From contig CM082578.2 in assembly GCA_040954595.2 (NCBI GenBank), positions 10,609,166-10,673,165 on the forward strand: a stretch of DNA of 64,000 bases, read 5' to 3'. The notes beneath the pieces were generated by a model, which ran no database searches, was not told the DNA's origin, and saw only the letters and a program-made list of their open reading frames with translations. A program made the translations under genes and the position numbers. Each line of letters opens with the position of its first letter. The stretch's first letter is position 1. This stretch comes from Balanoglossus misakiensis (Eukaryota; Animalia; Hemichordata). Below, in pieces: positions 44,101 to 57,362 of the stretch.

Positions 44101-46255
44101 GATCCCAAATTAAGAACTAGACTATTAGCTTATTTACTGTCAATTAGATACTGATCTCACGGTATATCAACAGAAAGAAACACAGACACGCGTAAACGAG
44201 ACGAAACACAACGTATCATTTGAATGAAAAGGCAGAAATTGTCTATGGATATTTTAAAAATGATTTATCCCAGGTCACTACTGCGCGGAAAGTACCAGTC
44301 ATTCGCATTTTCATCGTGCACAGTGTGGCACGTATGACTAGACACTCGTCACGTTTGTTGTCACTGGGTGTACACTCAGATAAGGTTGTTCGTACGAGTG
44401 CGATGATGCACTGTTTCCATTACCTACAGTATCCATGCGCTTGACGTGTACTGCAGCTTTGTAGTCACGTGTTCACTGTCCAGACTCCCACTCACTTCTA
44501 TATATATTTAGAGGTTTAAAACGTCATCTGATTCCAATCATTCACCTGGCTGACGGCACTTTCGTGTCTGTACACATGTTTCCCTCCTGACCTAAATGAC
44601 GCAAACTAAACGTAATCAGTAAATAGACAAAAAGCCGAGTGTGACATTAAGACCGAGCAATACTACTGAATCAATGTTTCTAAAATGACTCCGTATGGCT
44701 TGGACATTAATTGACATTAATTGAAATTAATTGAAATTAATTTGGTGCATTCACAGCTTTGGTGGTGGTTGCTGTGCGTCACTTGGTTTCGACGCATTTC
44801 GACAAAAACAGACCGCAACTTCCAGGTTGGTTTTCAATAAGCACTTCAATCAGAGTCCCGTGTGTGTTAAGCCATCGCAAAGAGATGATGGCACCAGTCA
44901 CACTTACGGTCAGGTAGCCGCAAATAAATTAGCGATCCCGAAATAAATCACCCACTTGCGCCCTCAGCTTTATTGCAGAGACACGTCCTTTAAAATAGGA
45001 CCACATCCTGTCTCATGCCATCCGACTACCCCCCCCCCCCCCCCAACTTGGAGATTCGAACCAGAAGCAAATGTTGCTTTGCGCCGACTGGTGTAAGCGC
45101 GAGACCAACTGGTGGGCGCCTCGCGGATTTTCAGTAGCGGCGCTGACGTTGTATTTTCAAAGAGGGAACGCCTTGGCTGTAACGTTACGCCCGGAAAAAA
45201 AAACCCACGCAAGCGCTGGCACTTTTGGGTGTGGCGGTCTCTTTCAAATATTTGTAGAAATATGAAGTTGGGCTGACAAAGACCCGTTCACCCTCTTGAA
45301 CCCATCGCGCGCGAAAAAATAGAGAAGTCGAGCGACAGACAATTTGGGAACGGATGGACGTACTGATTGATCACTTCGCGTTTCGCAGTGGCATGCGGGT
45401 GTGTATTCAGTCGATATTTAACAAACGGGGTTACATTCGAAAAGGAGAAGAAGAAGTACTGACTGATCGCTGTGTTCAATTTCCGCCAAGGCAGGGAAAT
45501 TCCGAGGTGATTTTAAGGGCACAATTAATTAGTCAAAGCAGATTAATTGGACGTAGCCTCCGCGAGAATAATCCTTGTACGTCAACCCCAAAATTCGGGC
45601 GTACGCTGTCTGATAGCCATATGAATAATTATAATTACAATGTAATAATGGCTGCCATACTTGACCGTCTCTGTGCCGGATCTTTAATAATTGTACTCAG
45701 CTAAACGCATAGATGATTGACAAAAATAAATCAACATTCCCATTCAGTTTCCGTACACATTTGGGAAGTTTGGCGTGATAGGTTATGTGGCCATCTTTAA
45801 AATAACTTTGTCCGGACACGGGATATGTCTTGACCACCACATCCTGTTATTAAAGACACCAACTTGAAAGTCTTATAGAACTTGAATAATCGCGGAAATA
45901 TTACAATTTTACTGGTGGACTCCTTTCGTCGCTTAGTGAAGGAGCCGACTCCGAGAACGCTTTAAACAGTATAGAAAACATTTTCCAATTTCCGAAAAGT
46001 AGCCGTTTTTTAAACTTTTTTCAAGGAAATTAGTGTTTTGTTCACAGTACAATATATTTCGATATTTTTCTATGATTATTTTCAAGATGTTTGCGAGTGT
46101 GCAGAAAGAAAAGAATAAACTGTGAAATTTCCATAGAAATAATGAAGGAGCCATCTTTGGGTTGTATGGATTTGAATATTTCATTGAAAAAAACTAATAA
46201 TTAAATTATGAATTCAATTAATAGTACAATTTGCAAAAATTGCTAGTCACTCCAG

Positions 46256-46756
46256 AAGGGTCAGTGTCTGGAAATTTCCAGACACTCAGGGAATGTGAGA
46301 GCCTGGAAATTTCCAAGCACTGACAAGGGTCAGTGGTCGGAAATTTCCGGACACTCAGGGAATGTGAGAGCCTGGAAATTTCCAAGCACTGACAAGGGTC
46401 AGTGGTCGGAAATTTCCAGACACTCAGGGAATGTGAGAGCCTGGAAATTTCCAAGCACTGACAAGGGTCAGTGGTCGGAAATTTCCGGACACTCAGGGAA
46501 TGTGAGAGCCTGGAAATTTCCAAGCACTGACAAGGGTCAGTGGTCGGAAATTTCCAGACACTCAGGGAATGTGAGAGCCTGGAAATTTCCAAGCACTGAC
46601 AAGGGTCAGTGGTCGGAAATTTCCAGACACTCAGGGAATGTGAGAGCTTAGAAATTTAAAAGCACTGACAGGGTCAGTGGTCGGAAATTTCCAGACACTC
46701 GGGGAATGTGAGAGCCTGGAAATTTCCAAGCATTGACAGGGTCAGTGCTTGGAAAT
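46256..46756 (+). repeat. 69-bp tandem array, left arm, ~7 units
   Basis: Unit gtgagagcctggaaatttccaagcactgacaagggtcagtggtcggaaatttcc[a/g]gacactcagggaat, with two GGAAATTTCC palindromes per unit. Confidence 0.97.
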
Positions 46757-47198
46757 CTTGAGTTTCTCTATCATGTTTCAAATTATGGCCTTTAGGAAAA
46801 CGATCTGTTGAGGAACTGCGCCTGTGTTTATATCTTCAACCCTACGGATGAGATTGGTCATTTGACTGCGGTGGCCTCTTCTGCTGTTCTTCTCTCTCTC
46901 TCCATGCCCGACATCCTGGTCTCGGCACCAACAAATGTACCGCGTACACTTGGGAATAGGTTCGGAATGAAGAGAGAGGGGCGGGATGGCCAATACTTCT
47001 TTATAAACAGTGGTTTGAACTGTGACATTTGGTAACACTGCATAATTCAAGAACAATAGCATTTGGTAGTTGTGAAGTTGTGACTTTGTATACAGAGTAG
47101 AAAAAACAATTATGTCAGATAAACAATACCAATTCCCAATAAACAACTAGTGTATGGGCTAACTCAGAGGAGTTGGTAGGCGAAGCCTGTCATGAACA
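46757..47198 (-). mobile_element. Probable truncated BEL/Pao LTR retrotransposon fragment (LTR ~47198-46936, PBS 46930-46913, degenerate gag start)
   Basis: On the minus strand a TG...CA-bounded ~263-bp segment is followed after 5 nt by TGGTGCCGAGACCAGGAT, a tRNA-His-like primer-binding site. Next is a frameshifted, stop-containing frame MSGMER/KNSRRGHRSQMTNLIRRVEDI...FLKAII*NMIEKLKI resembling BEL/Pao Gag N-termini. Pattern recognition only. Confidence 0.55.
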
Positions 47199-47208
47199 TT
47201 GTGACGCT

Positions 47209-47602
47209 AAGGCTCCTTAGACAAACCTGTTGCGTCTGCGGTCCAGATCCGTACCAGAGCTTTTCGCCGAAATTCGATTTTATCGGGAGAATATCCTTTC
47301 CCTGTCTACTAACCGGTTATAACCGACTCCACGATTGACTTCTTCTAACATCCGAACCGCTCGCTTTCTGAAACTTTTGTGTTTACCCATTGAGATAACC
47401 TCACTGTATTCAATATGGCGATCTCAACAGGTAAACACAAGAGAAAATCAGAAAGCGAGCGGCTCGGAAGTTAATTACATCATATTTGGAGTCATTTGTG
47501 GGTAGACGGGGGAAAGATTCCCCCCGATAAAATCGAATCTCGGCCGAAAAGCTGCTGTCCGGATCCGGATGTCAGACGAATCAGTTTTGTCCATGGAGCC
47601 TT
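47209..47602. mobile_element. Hairpin MITE-like element (~390 bp imperfect palindrome)
   Basis: The left arm aaggctccttagacaaacctg...ttcgattttatcggga...ccgctcgctttctga...tgtgtttacc pairs with the right arm ggtaaacaca...tcagaaagcgagcgg...cccgataaaatcgaa...ttttgtccatggagcctt. No clean TSD. Confidence 0.75.
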
Positions 47603-47670
47603 GCAGAGATGTGGTGGAAGCCATGTATTAAACGCCGGGAGAACGCAGACCTGTACGGGGGACTACCACG

Positions 47671-48328
47671 ACCCTGTCAGTGCTTGGAAATTTCAAGGCT
47701 CTCACATTCCCTGAGTGTCTGGAAATTTCCGACCACTGACCCTTGTCAGTGCTTGGAAATTTCCAGGCTCTCACATTCCCTGAGTGTCCGGAAAATTCCG
47801 ACCACTGACCCTTGTCAGTGCTTGGAAATTTCCAGGCTCTCACATTCCCTGAGTGTCTGGAAATTTCCGACCACTGACCCTTGTCAGTGCTTGGAAATTT
47901 CCAGGCTCTCACATTCCCTGAGTGTCCGGAAATTTCCGACCACTGACCCTTGTCAGTGCTTGGAAATTTCCAGGCTCTCACATTCCCTGAGTGTCTGGAA
48001 ATTTCCGACCACTGACCCTTGTCAGTGCTTGGAAATTTCTAAGCTCTCACATTCCCTGAGTGTCTGGAAATTTCCGACCACTGACCCTTGTCAGTGCTTG
48101 GAAATTTCTAAGCTCTCACATTCCCTGAGTGTCTGGAAATTTCCGACCACTGACCCTTGTCAGTGCTTGGAAATTTCTAAGCTCTCACATTCCCTGAGTG
48201 TCTGGAAATTTCCGACCACTGACCCTTGTCAGTGCTTGGAAATTTCCAGGCTCTCACATTCCCTGAGTGTCTGGAAATTTCCGACCACTGACCCTTGTCA
48301 GTGCTTGGAAATTTCCAAGCTCTCACAT
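47671..48328 (-). repeat. 69-bp tandem array, right arm, ~9.5 units, inverted relative to the left arm
   Basis: Reverse complement of the 46256-46756 unit; includes ggaaatttctaagctc variants. Confidence 0.97.
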
Positions 48329-50330
48329 GCCACTGACTCTTTTCCAAGTATTTCAGCTGCAAAATATGGATTTGTCAATTAGCAGTGCTTATTTCCTAAA
48401 ATTCATACGAAATCCAACGGATTTGTGTGATACGGATATTAATCTAACAATTCTTGTAATAAATATTGGGTTTCAGATTTACTTTTTGATGCTATTGTTT
48501 TTTCTGGCGAAATTTTACAAACAATTCACACACTTGCAAATTTTCAATAGAAATATTACTCATGATAAACATGGAGACAAAATTTCATTAGAAAAAAATC
48601 AAAAGGACTGTCATGTACGTGGCTTTGAAGGAGACTCAGTTTTTTCACAGATAAATTTTAATTTGAGTTTAAAGCCAAAATATGACAAAATGCATTTTTC
48701 CTGCTGTACAGCTGCAGGAAAGAGACTAAGAATACCTTTATGTAATTTTTTCATTAGAAATTGGCAAAGAATAAGGAATATTTTCATAAATTTCTAACTT
48801 TTTCAGCAGTAATTATGTAAAAAAGAGGTTTTTCGGAAATTGGAAAATGTTTTCTATACTGTTTTTAGATGATTACCAGGGACCCGACAGCGATATTTCA
48901 CTTCATCATGTTCAGACTTGCAAAACGGATGTTCGCACCCATTCATCGATCGACTAGATAAGCCTTCAACAGTCTCGGTGCATTATGTTGTCAGGAAGTT
49001 CTCACCACACCGGTTTCGTTTCCCATTTCAGCATTCAGATAACTTTCCTTCGGCTGTTTGGGGGTCACCCATTTTAGGTAAAGAACTAACACAGTGAAAT
49101 ATTTTTGTAACATGGAAATACCCCTCGCATATTTCGTATTTCCTTTGACAAATGTACGCAATTGGTAATTTGACATTGTTAAGTACTATTTTAAGCGGTC
49201 ACTTGGTTTCTTTTCCCCTTCTTTGATAGGAGGTGACATTTCATTGTTTAAAGTTGCTAAAAAGTAATACAGGTCGGTCTCTGCCACAATTTACTGGATT
49301 ATTGGGTAAAACATAGTCCCTCTACGAGGTAAAGAGGTAAAACAATGATATTAGACCGCTGGGCTGCGCCTGTGATTTATGAGTCTGATTTAGGGGCTGT
49401 GATTGGGCTCCGCGCCGTTCTATGACACCAGTAGGTGAAAGGTTAAATTGGGCGAGATTATACCGGTACAGTTTCTAGAAAGAGATTTAATGCGGGTCAT
49501 TTAATCGTCTACCTGCCTCAACTACGTCACTTTACATGTAGGTACTAGGATGACTTCACGTAAATGTGGCCTCGGTCGTGTTCCAACGCTTGGCACTTTC
49601 CCGGCCGGCCCCGCTCCTGGGCGAACTTCAGTTGTTCCCGCATCCCACACATGCGCAGATGCAGTCATTTTTCCTTCTCAATTGGTCATCATTATTGTCC
49701 GTTGTCACAGTCGTAGATTTTATCACCATCATACGTCACGGTCAATCAATAGTGGCTGAAACTGTGTGGAGTGACCGCGCTTGGTCATACTTTCAGTGCC
49801 CACGGCGTCACCCGGCCAACTTAACGAGCGTGGGCGTGACGTCACGGTCACGTGGCACTGGCTCGGACAAAAAGCAAGGTTTTCACAGCAACCTGGCAAA
49901 TTGGCGGAATTATTCTGTTTCAGAGATTCAAAGACAGAAACTCTGCCCAATTGCTGTTTTCTGGCCCATTTATTTTGTTCTTTACTTTCGAGAACACGTA
50001 GTTCGGATTCATTCAGAGTAAAAACCCAAATCGGAATCGGAAATCGAAAATTCTCGAAACTAGGACCTCAGATAGTGCACCCTACGATCTGGGTGAAGTT
50101 AGAAGTAGATCGACAGGAAATGTCACTCTTTCACTTCCATCCAATTGTCCGGTCAGTATTTAGGTTTAGTTGCCGTATCTGAATCCCCCAATTGAAGACT
50201 GTATCTGGTGGGGAAAACCCCCATTTCCCGGCCGTGGCTTGAATCGTAGACTCGATCCCAGACGGAACTTGAAAAGGACCGGACGAGTCCTGTTGATAAC
50301 TAAATTCGGTAAACTTAGAGATGGAATGAG

Positions 50331-50361
50331 AAAAGAAAGAAAGAAAGAAAGAAAGAAAGAG

Positions 50362-50412
<51 letters not shown>

Positions 50413-50433
50413 ATGAAAGAAAGAAAGAAGAAG
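50331..50433 (+). repeat. (GAAA)n microsatellite
   Basis: Read directly. Confidence 0.95.
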
Positions 50434-53400
50434 TAAATAAATCATTTGCATGTGCCCTACTGGCCTAACTGTTGCACCTCGCCCGGGATGTCCTCCCTGT
50501 AGGTCGTCACGGCTGCAGGCAAGATAAAAACGGGAAGCACCGACTCTGAGAATCCATCAGGATTCACGAAATTAGTAAAATTAATTCCTTGTAATGTTTC
50601 AATCGTGATTTTTGGATAATATGGGTGGCCGTTTATTAGATAGATCTATGGACAGGCGCATGCTTATGATAATTCTGTCGTGGTAATAAATAAAACTACA
50701 TGTGTATTCATTCTTTATTTTTCCGCGCATTCAGAACGAGAGTTAGGTGCTCACGTAATCTGATTTGCCGGCTACCTGAAGGTGAATGCAGCAGCACAGT
50801 TCTTCGCGTCGATCAAGCATAGTCTCTCCTACATTTATAATGCTCCCGAACAATCGATGACGTTCCTGGCATGTTTCGGATGTCGTTCGGCGCATGTTTG
50901 TAAACAGAGCGTTACCACGTGTATAGAGATGACGACGGCATCAACAATGCGATGATGACTCACTTCTCCCCGCACCCGGTGGAAAGCCAGTGCGCATGCG
51001 TCCGTTTGTGCCGCGGTACGTTGCGCTCTGCCAGTGGATGATTTCGAAAGCCGTCACGAAACGGTGAATGAAGTGTCTGATGCAAATCACCGACACGACT
51101 GACGTCATATACTAAAAGTAGCACATTCGTCACATTCACGTGGAACAGTCAGGTTTGGTAATCGCCCAAAAATTCATTCAAATTATAAGCAGCCGTATAA
51201 AAGCAACCGACCGCCTCGACGGAACGTTTTTCTTTCGTTGGCGCGTAACTATTGGATTACCGGTACAAGGCCTACAGGAGCTCGCACAGTACATTGAGCT
51301 TACTCTCGCTCATATTGACGGTATCTCCGATCGCGTTCATCTGCTTGCTGCCTTTCGGATAATCCGGGTTGTTACCAAGTCGAATCGGTAGGACACATGT
51401 CTGATTGCCCCACTTGGACATAATGGATGCGAGTCTGTCATTGCAATCTCGCGTCCGTTGTGTTCATGCGGGGTAGTTATTTTACAAGACGGCGTGGGAC
51501 ACACTGGCACACAAACCGTATCAAGAGGTACACGACACGCAGCGTACTTTCGTCGAGCGGCATCATTGTTTGCATATATTGACCTATCTACCTGTCATCC
51601 CGCCGAACCACGCGTCATTGGTGACATTTTAAAGTTGGCACTCGGCTTGCCAGACTTCGACCATACGGCGGTAAATGCCATTTTTTTTTGAGCGCGATTG
51701 TTGCCTGATTAACGTCTGCTCGGGTCTCTGCTTTCCATTCCTGCTTTCACATCCTGTTTCGCAGATCTCGAGTTCTGCCGATTCTTCATATTACACACTC
51801 GCATTTAAATTAGGCCATTGAAATGTGCTAGAAAAAAAATAGGGAAGTGACGCCTGCCTGTGCTGGAGTGGACTCTGCGGGAACGCGGTAACGTTATTAT
51901 CGTTCTGTTGTATGTTATTACCAAAGAAGAACTATCTGATGACACATTTTTGACACATTTTTTTTTCACTTAGGATCCGTGTCACGGCATTATTTTTGGG
52001 GCGGGCCCTGACGGCTGTTGCCCAGGCAACAGTGTGTCACATTGGAATCATAGCAATCGCAATCGGTAATCACACTTCATGCCATCCGTCAGCAAATTAA
52101 CTGACGATGTGAGCACATGAAGTTGAACATATGCACCGCTGTTCCGTGACCTCGTTTTTTTTATTTGGTATGTTTTCAATATTAATAGTACGTTGCCGGG
52201 AGTTTCCCCGGCGCACCCAAACCAGCTCACCCACAATGCCCTGCGGCATGAGAAGTACCGCGTGATTATATTAGTGTAACTTTAGTTGTAACGAAACTGA
52301 AGTCAACAGGATCAAAAGTACTTGACAACAGGAACTGCAACTGATGCAGATAACAGCCGCTTTGTGTGATCACTCGGGGTTTTCCTGAGGAAGGAGACCG
52401 CCGGGAATAATGCATAAACTTCTGTTTTACATTTTTCGAGTTTTTTGTCAGATGATTTTATTCAACATCAGTGCAATTATAAGTACTTTTTTTCATTTTT
52501 AATAAATAGATAACAGTTTTTTTTTTCATTTAGAGTGTTCAATCGTGTCTTTCTCGGACAGTGTCGCAAGAGCGTGTAACTGAGCGTGTAACTGAGCACA
52601 GAGCTAGTTAAAAACGGGGTCTGCATGCGCTTCATTCATTCATTCATTCATTCATTCATTCTACATTGTAAAAGTAGGACATTAGCGGAGCAAATTCAAG
52701 TTCACGCACATCTATGGACTTTTCCTAGACATTCACCGTTCACGTTGGCCAAAATCCTGGTGACAACATCGCGTGCGTTTACAGTACATGTATTAAGATT
52801 TCTACAGTACGCTAGTCGACCTCCAACGGATTTCAGGTCAAATCATTTCCTGAAGACCAACATGCAGACATGCCCATATCGGAAACCTTTTGAACTTTGG
52901 AAATAAATTTACCCATGCAGTTCCATTGGAGTTGATTGGCTGACAGTACATGTAAAAAATTATGCCAACCACGAATATACTGCTAGGAATGTCGCAATAC
53001 CATGATGTTAACTGGTAACTGGAAGACACACACAACACATGCGCATGCCCGGCCATAATTATCATGATGATTAAGCAAAATGCGTTTCGCGCCATCAGCA
53101 CTATACGTTGCATATCCCATCATGCTTACTATGATTATATACGGCACGCTGGCACTGTCTGTGTACATGTACTAGTATTTGAAGGTGTGTAGTTGAGAAA
53201 ATTTTACATATCATCAGATATCGTTCGCTCGCGCTCGTCCGCTCTGTAACCATACTTTGACAGTGCAAACACCAATGAGCGACAGACGGACGAATCGGAC
53301 CATATCGCACAATCGGGTCCCGCTCTCAGTCACAGATGTGGGCGGATGACCACGTCACACATTAGCGGCCGCCCATGCAAGCAACAAATACTGCAGTATT

Positions 53401-55729
53401 GTACCCGCCTGTTCAAACGTTGACTGAACAAAAAATGAATTCAAATCGTTGAGAACCGTGACCTTGTAACAGATAATGCCAAACTCAAGACGAATGAAAA
53501 TCACAACTCTTGTCAGTCACTAGCAACGATCGATCTGTAGGCCTAAGATATCAGTGTCAAGACACCTGATAGAAGATACTGGTGGATAATTTTTCGGCAA
53601 TATCTTTATCAATCAGAACACGGCCAATTTACATTTTTATTTTATTTTCATTCATGATTGTGATCGCAATGATTTACGGGCACAGAACGAAAGTAAGTCT
53701 CCACGATCCTTCCGGTGCTTTTCATATACCCGCCCACACGTTAATGACGTCACATAGTTATCACTATGCACGATGGGTGCGGTGTACAGCTCAACCTGTG
53801 AAATCAAAATTTCAGTGATAAGTTTTTGTCGCTTGAGTAAAAAGCGAGTTGATTACATATGATCAGTGGTTAAATGAAATTTAAGGAAAAAGTAAAGGCC
53901 GGTCTATGGGAAAATCGTGGTCTATGTTGCTTTTCTTTATGGTAGGTCCTGATGGAAATGACTTGAAAATTGGTAAACTAGCGATCGACCAGAAATCTTG
54001 CCCAAAATAAGAAAACGTTGGCATTTGTTCAGCTGAAAGGCCCCACTCTTTGTTTCTAGTATGAGAGACTGTTAGGATTTTAAAAATCGACTCTGTTAAT
54101 AGTACGAACTGGCACGCATTGTACATGGAATTCGAAGTTATTCCACCCACGCCAATATAGTAGTACATGTACCCCCACTTAGCAAACACTGGTCGGGTCG
54201 AGTACACTGGTCAACAATGAGCCAGCCGAAGTATCGGGGGATGCCAATAATATAGTCAAACCCGTCAGATGGTATGCTGTGTTCAAACATGGACGTCCAT
54301 GGTTCAAACAAGAGAAATCGTGACTCTTTAATATTTATGCTTTTCTATAAACCGCAGTGCACCCGGAAATCCAATAGCATCGATTTCTTTCCAACTTTTG
54401 ACCCGATTTCCACGATCCAGCATGCAACACGCGGTGGGGGCGAGCAACAGAGTGAAACCACATGTGCAGACGACTATTTCGGACGAATCACATGACGGGA
54501 AGAAGCTATCAAGTCACACTTATGACGCTGGTCTAAATCTTCTATTGTTTCGCTCTCGGGTGTACAGGAATTGGGTCAGCAGGACGTTGGCTTTCATAAA
54601 CGAATGAGGAAATCCGTTCACCGAAGATGGCGCAATTCAACGAACTCCACCCTTATCCAAATTTAGTGAAATCACTGAACCATTTCAGTCCAATCAGCGG
54701 TGAGCCATATACACCCTACTTTCTATATACAAAGTTCAAGTTCAGCTGAATAGAAAACATCTCGGAATTAAAAATGTTTACTTTGTTTCACAACTTCCTA
54801 AACTTACCAAATAAACGGTAGATCACAATCTTTATGTTAAATCTGATGGTCCATGACATCGAATTCGAAATTACAATTTTAGCGCCAAATTTACTCAGGC
54901 TACATGTTATAAAAATATACATTTCCCGCTTTTTGACTTGTAGCGCCCTCACTGTTTGAAATCATACAAATACACGGACGCCGAGAATGACAGAAGTGAA
55001 CTATCCGTTATAGGACACCGTCGATAAATCTGTTAAAATATACGTGCGATATTTGAATTAAATGCAGCATCAAGTTTATGTCAATATCCGACGGTGATGC
55101 ATACATGTAGAACGTGTCCACCTGCACTGTACCACGCCTGTACCAATCTGTCGCGTCACGCAGAAATCACATTGTTTTTGGGAATTTCAATTAGCAGCTG
55201 TACAGCACTGCTCCGACTTCTCCCTTTAATCTCCGACGAACGAACGTAAGACAGCGAGGAGAAAATATGTGAGCGACGTGATTACAACATACAGGAAAGA
55301 TCTAGAGCCGACTCGTGATCTGAATGACGTCTGCAACGACGTCTGCTGCATGCATTCTTCGGTCATGATCTGCGTCTCAGTGGAGGCTCAATCAGCAAAT
55401 CGAAAAGAATCGTAAGAGGGCGCACTTTAACTGTAAACCAGAATTCGATATGAATTTATTATCGGTTTCCACCGTGAGCATTCGCCGAAAGTTGAAAGAG
55501 ACTTTTGTAAATACATGTAGGCAGCATGTCAATCGCACCAAGATGGGTTGTTGGTAACCCCAGTGACCACAAGAGGGCGTGTAGCTCAGACTGAATATAC
55601 TTGATAAACTGACCTTCAGTGACCTGTTCACTCCCCCCCCCCCCCCAGACCACAGTTTACGGTGTTTCACTCATCGGCCTGAAATGGCGGTTAATGATTC
55701 GCTTTGCTCTAACATAATAAATAACATAA

Positions 55730-55730
<1 letters not shown>

Positions 55731-55793
<63 letters not shown>

Positions 55794-55796
55794 ATA
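55731..55796 (+). repeat. (TAAA)n microsatellite
   Basis: Read directly. Confidence 0.95.
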
Positions 55797-57362
55797 GAGT
55801 CACAAAGATAACGACAGGGCTATTTATAAACAATGTATAACAATGCCACGCATAACTGAATGCGTAGGAGGGCGTTGCGGCCTAAACAAATTTGGTGTAC
55901 GTGAATCTTAAAATGGGTTGGATGGAAATGGAATAAAAACGCTGTCAGTTTGGGGATTGAAACAAATAATGCGAACCCGAGGGGAAACGGGCACTTGTGA
56001 GTGACCGTGACAGAGTCGGCGTTGCTATGATGTTCTCGAACTCGTGCAGAGTGTCCTTCGATTTAAGCACTGTACTTGACCCCACGGGTTCACTACAGAT
56101 GCAAGTGTGGTTCTGGCAACACAACGCGCTATTTTATGACCCAGTAATATGTACCTGTGTGCCTGTAAGAGAGCCTTTTAAGCTAATGTGTCAACAACAA
56201 CAACAACAAAGCCAGGCGAGACTCCAGTAAAAAAGTAAGATCTGGATCACTTCGTGAATGGCCAGTGTGTGCCCCAAAACACAGTGTGAAGTTTCATTGT
56301 CGAGAAACATTTTATGACCCTGTTAATGTGTACATGACATGTACATGTATTTGTTTGCTTGTAAGAGAGTCCTTTATGTGTCAACAACAACAAAGCCACC
56401 ACGTAAGAGTAATTATTTTCCCGAAAGATTTCAGGTAATACAGAAACCTGATACCTGTATACCTCAATTGTCTTGGTTTCGGGAAAAATAACTACGTGTG
56501 CTTTCCTCCATTCGTGTTTTGCATGATTGCGGAGGAGCGGGATTACCACATTCCAAAATATCAACAGCTTAGACACCACCACTACCACTATATATTAAAA
56601 ATTTCACATATTTCTTGGTAGCATTAAGTAAATACAAATAGAGATCACCGGAAGTTGTTAAATGCACTGGTCCGTACAGGATGCGAGACGACGAAAATAA
56701 ACGGCGTTCCCAGAACATGACAATACGTGTATTCACCGGGCGCGCGGCCTGATTTGTGGATGCTAATAAGTTCGATGACGTCACTTCGTGACAATATACC
56801 AATGGAAAGGTTCGCTTCACCGACCACATGAATAGACGCAGTTCGCGCTGACAGTAGTTGACGCATTTTAGTTATCGTAGTAGTGGCATGTCGAGTCTGT
56901 GGTATCAATCGAAACGGAATCGCTGTATCCGACGGACTTTTGTGGGACGGACCGGCGGAGAATTTACCCCGACGTGAAGTTGAACGCGCCGTACGTTTGA
57001 CCGCACTATTTGCGGCCCATCGGGAAACTTAACGAGTGAGGACGTCGCGTTAATAAACAGACGCTTCGCCACCCGCCGAGTGTACTCACTGCCCTTTGAC
57101 CAACCCAACTCCAGTATCAGACAAGTTGTGTATCAGACTATGGTTCCAGTCATCCGGCATTCTTCCATTCAGAACAGACGTCGTCTGTATTCACGAACAC
57201 AAGTTTAGGTAGGTGACCGAGCGATCAGAGCATTGTTACAAGCGAGCACAGCTGTAACGCGTGATGTAATGTCACACGTAAACAAGCGGACACCTCGTAC
57301 ATACGGCAGCTTGTGAGTGCGACAGGAAGGCCCGGTGCGCGGATTTTTCCAATAAAAACGGT

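Larger units (their letters stand above)
45965..48863. mobile_element. Foldback-like composite DNA element with ~35-bp perfect terminal inverted repeats and inverted internal 69-bp arrays
   Basis: 45964-45998 (aaacagtatagaaaacattttccaatttccgaaaa) is the exact reverse complement of 48830-48864. TTTA is a possible target duplication at 45961-45964 and 48864-48867. The internal arrays are in opposite orientation. No transposase seen. Confidence 0.75.

Noticed and set aside
46256-48328. Regularly spaced palindromic repeats as a CRISPR array
   Set aside because: The spacers are two alternating, near-invariant sequences rather than unique ones, there are no cas genes, and the context is eukaryotic.
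47609-48382. 257-aa Cys-repeat ORF (DPCQCLEISRLSHSLSVWKFPTT)n and its mirror ORFs
   Set aside because: The unit length of 69 is a multiple of 3, so frames stay open on both strands in both arrays. There is no independent coding evidence, although translation cannot be excluded.
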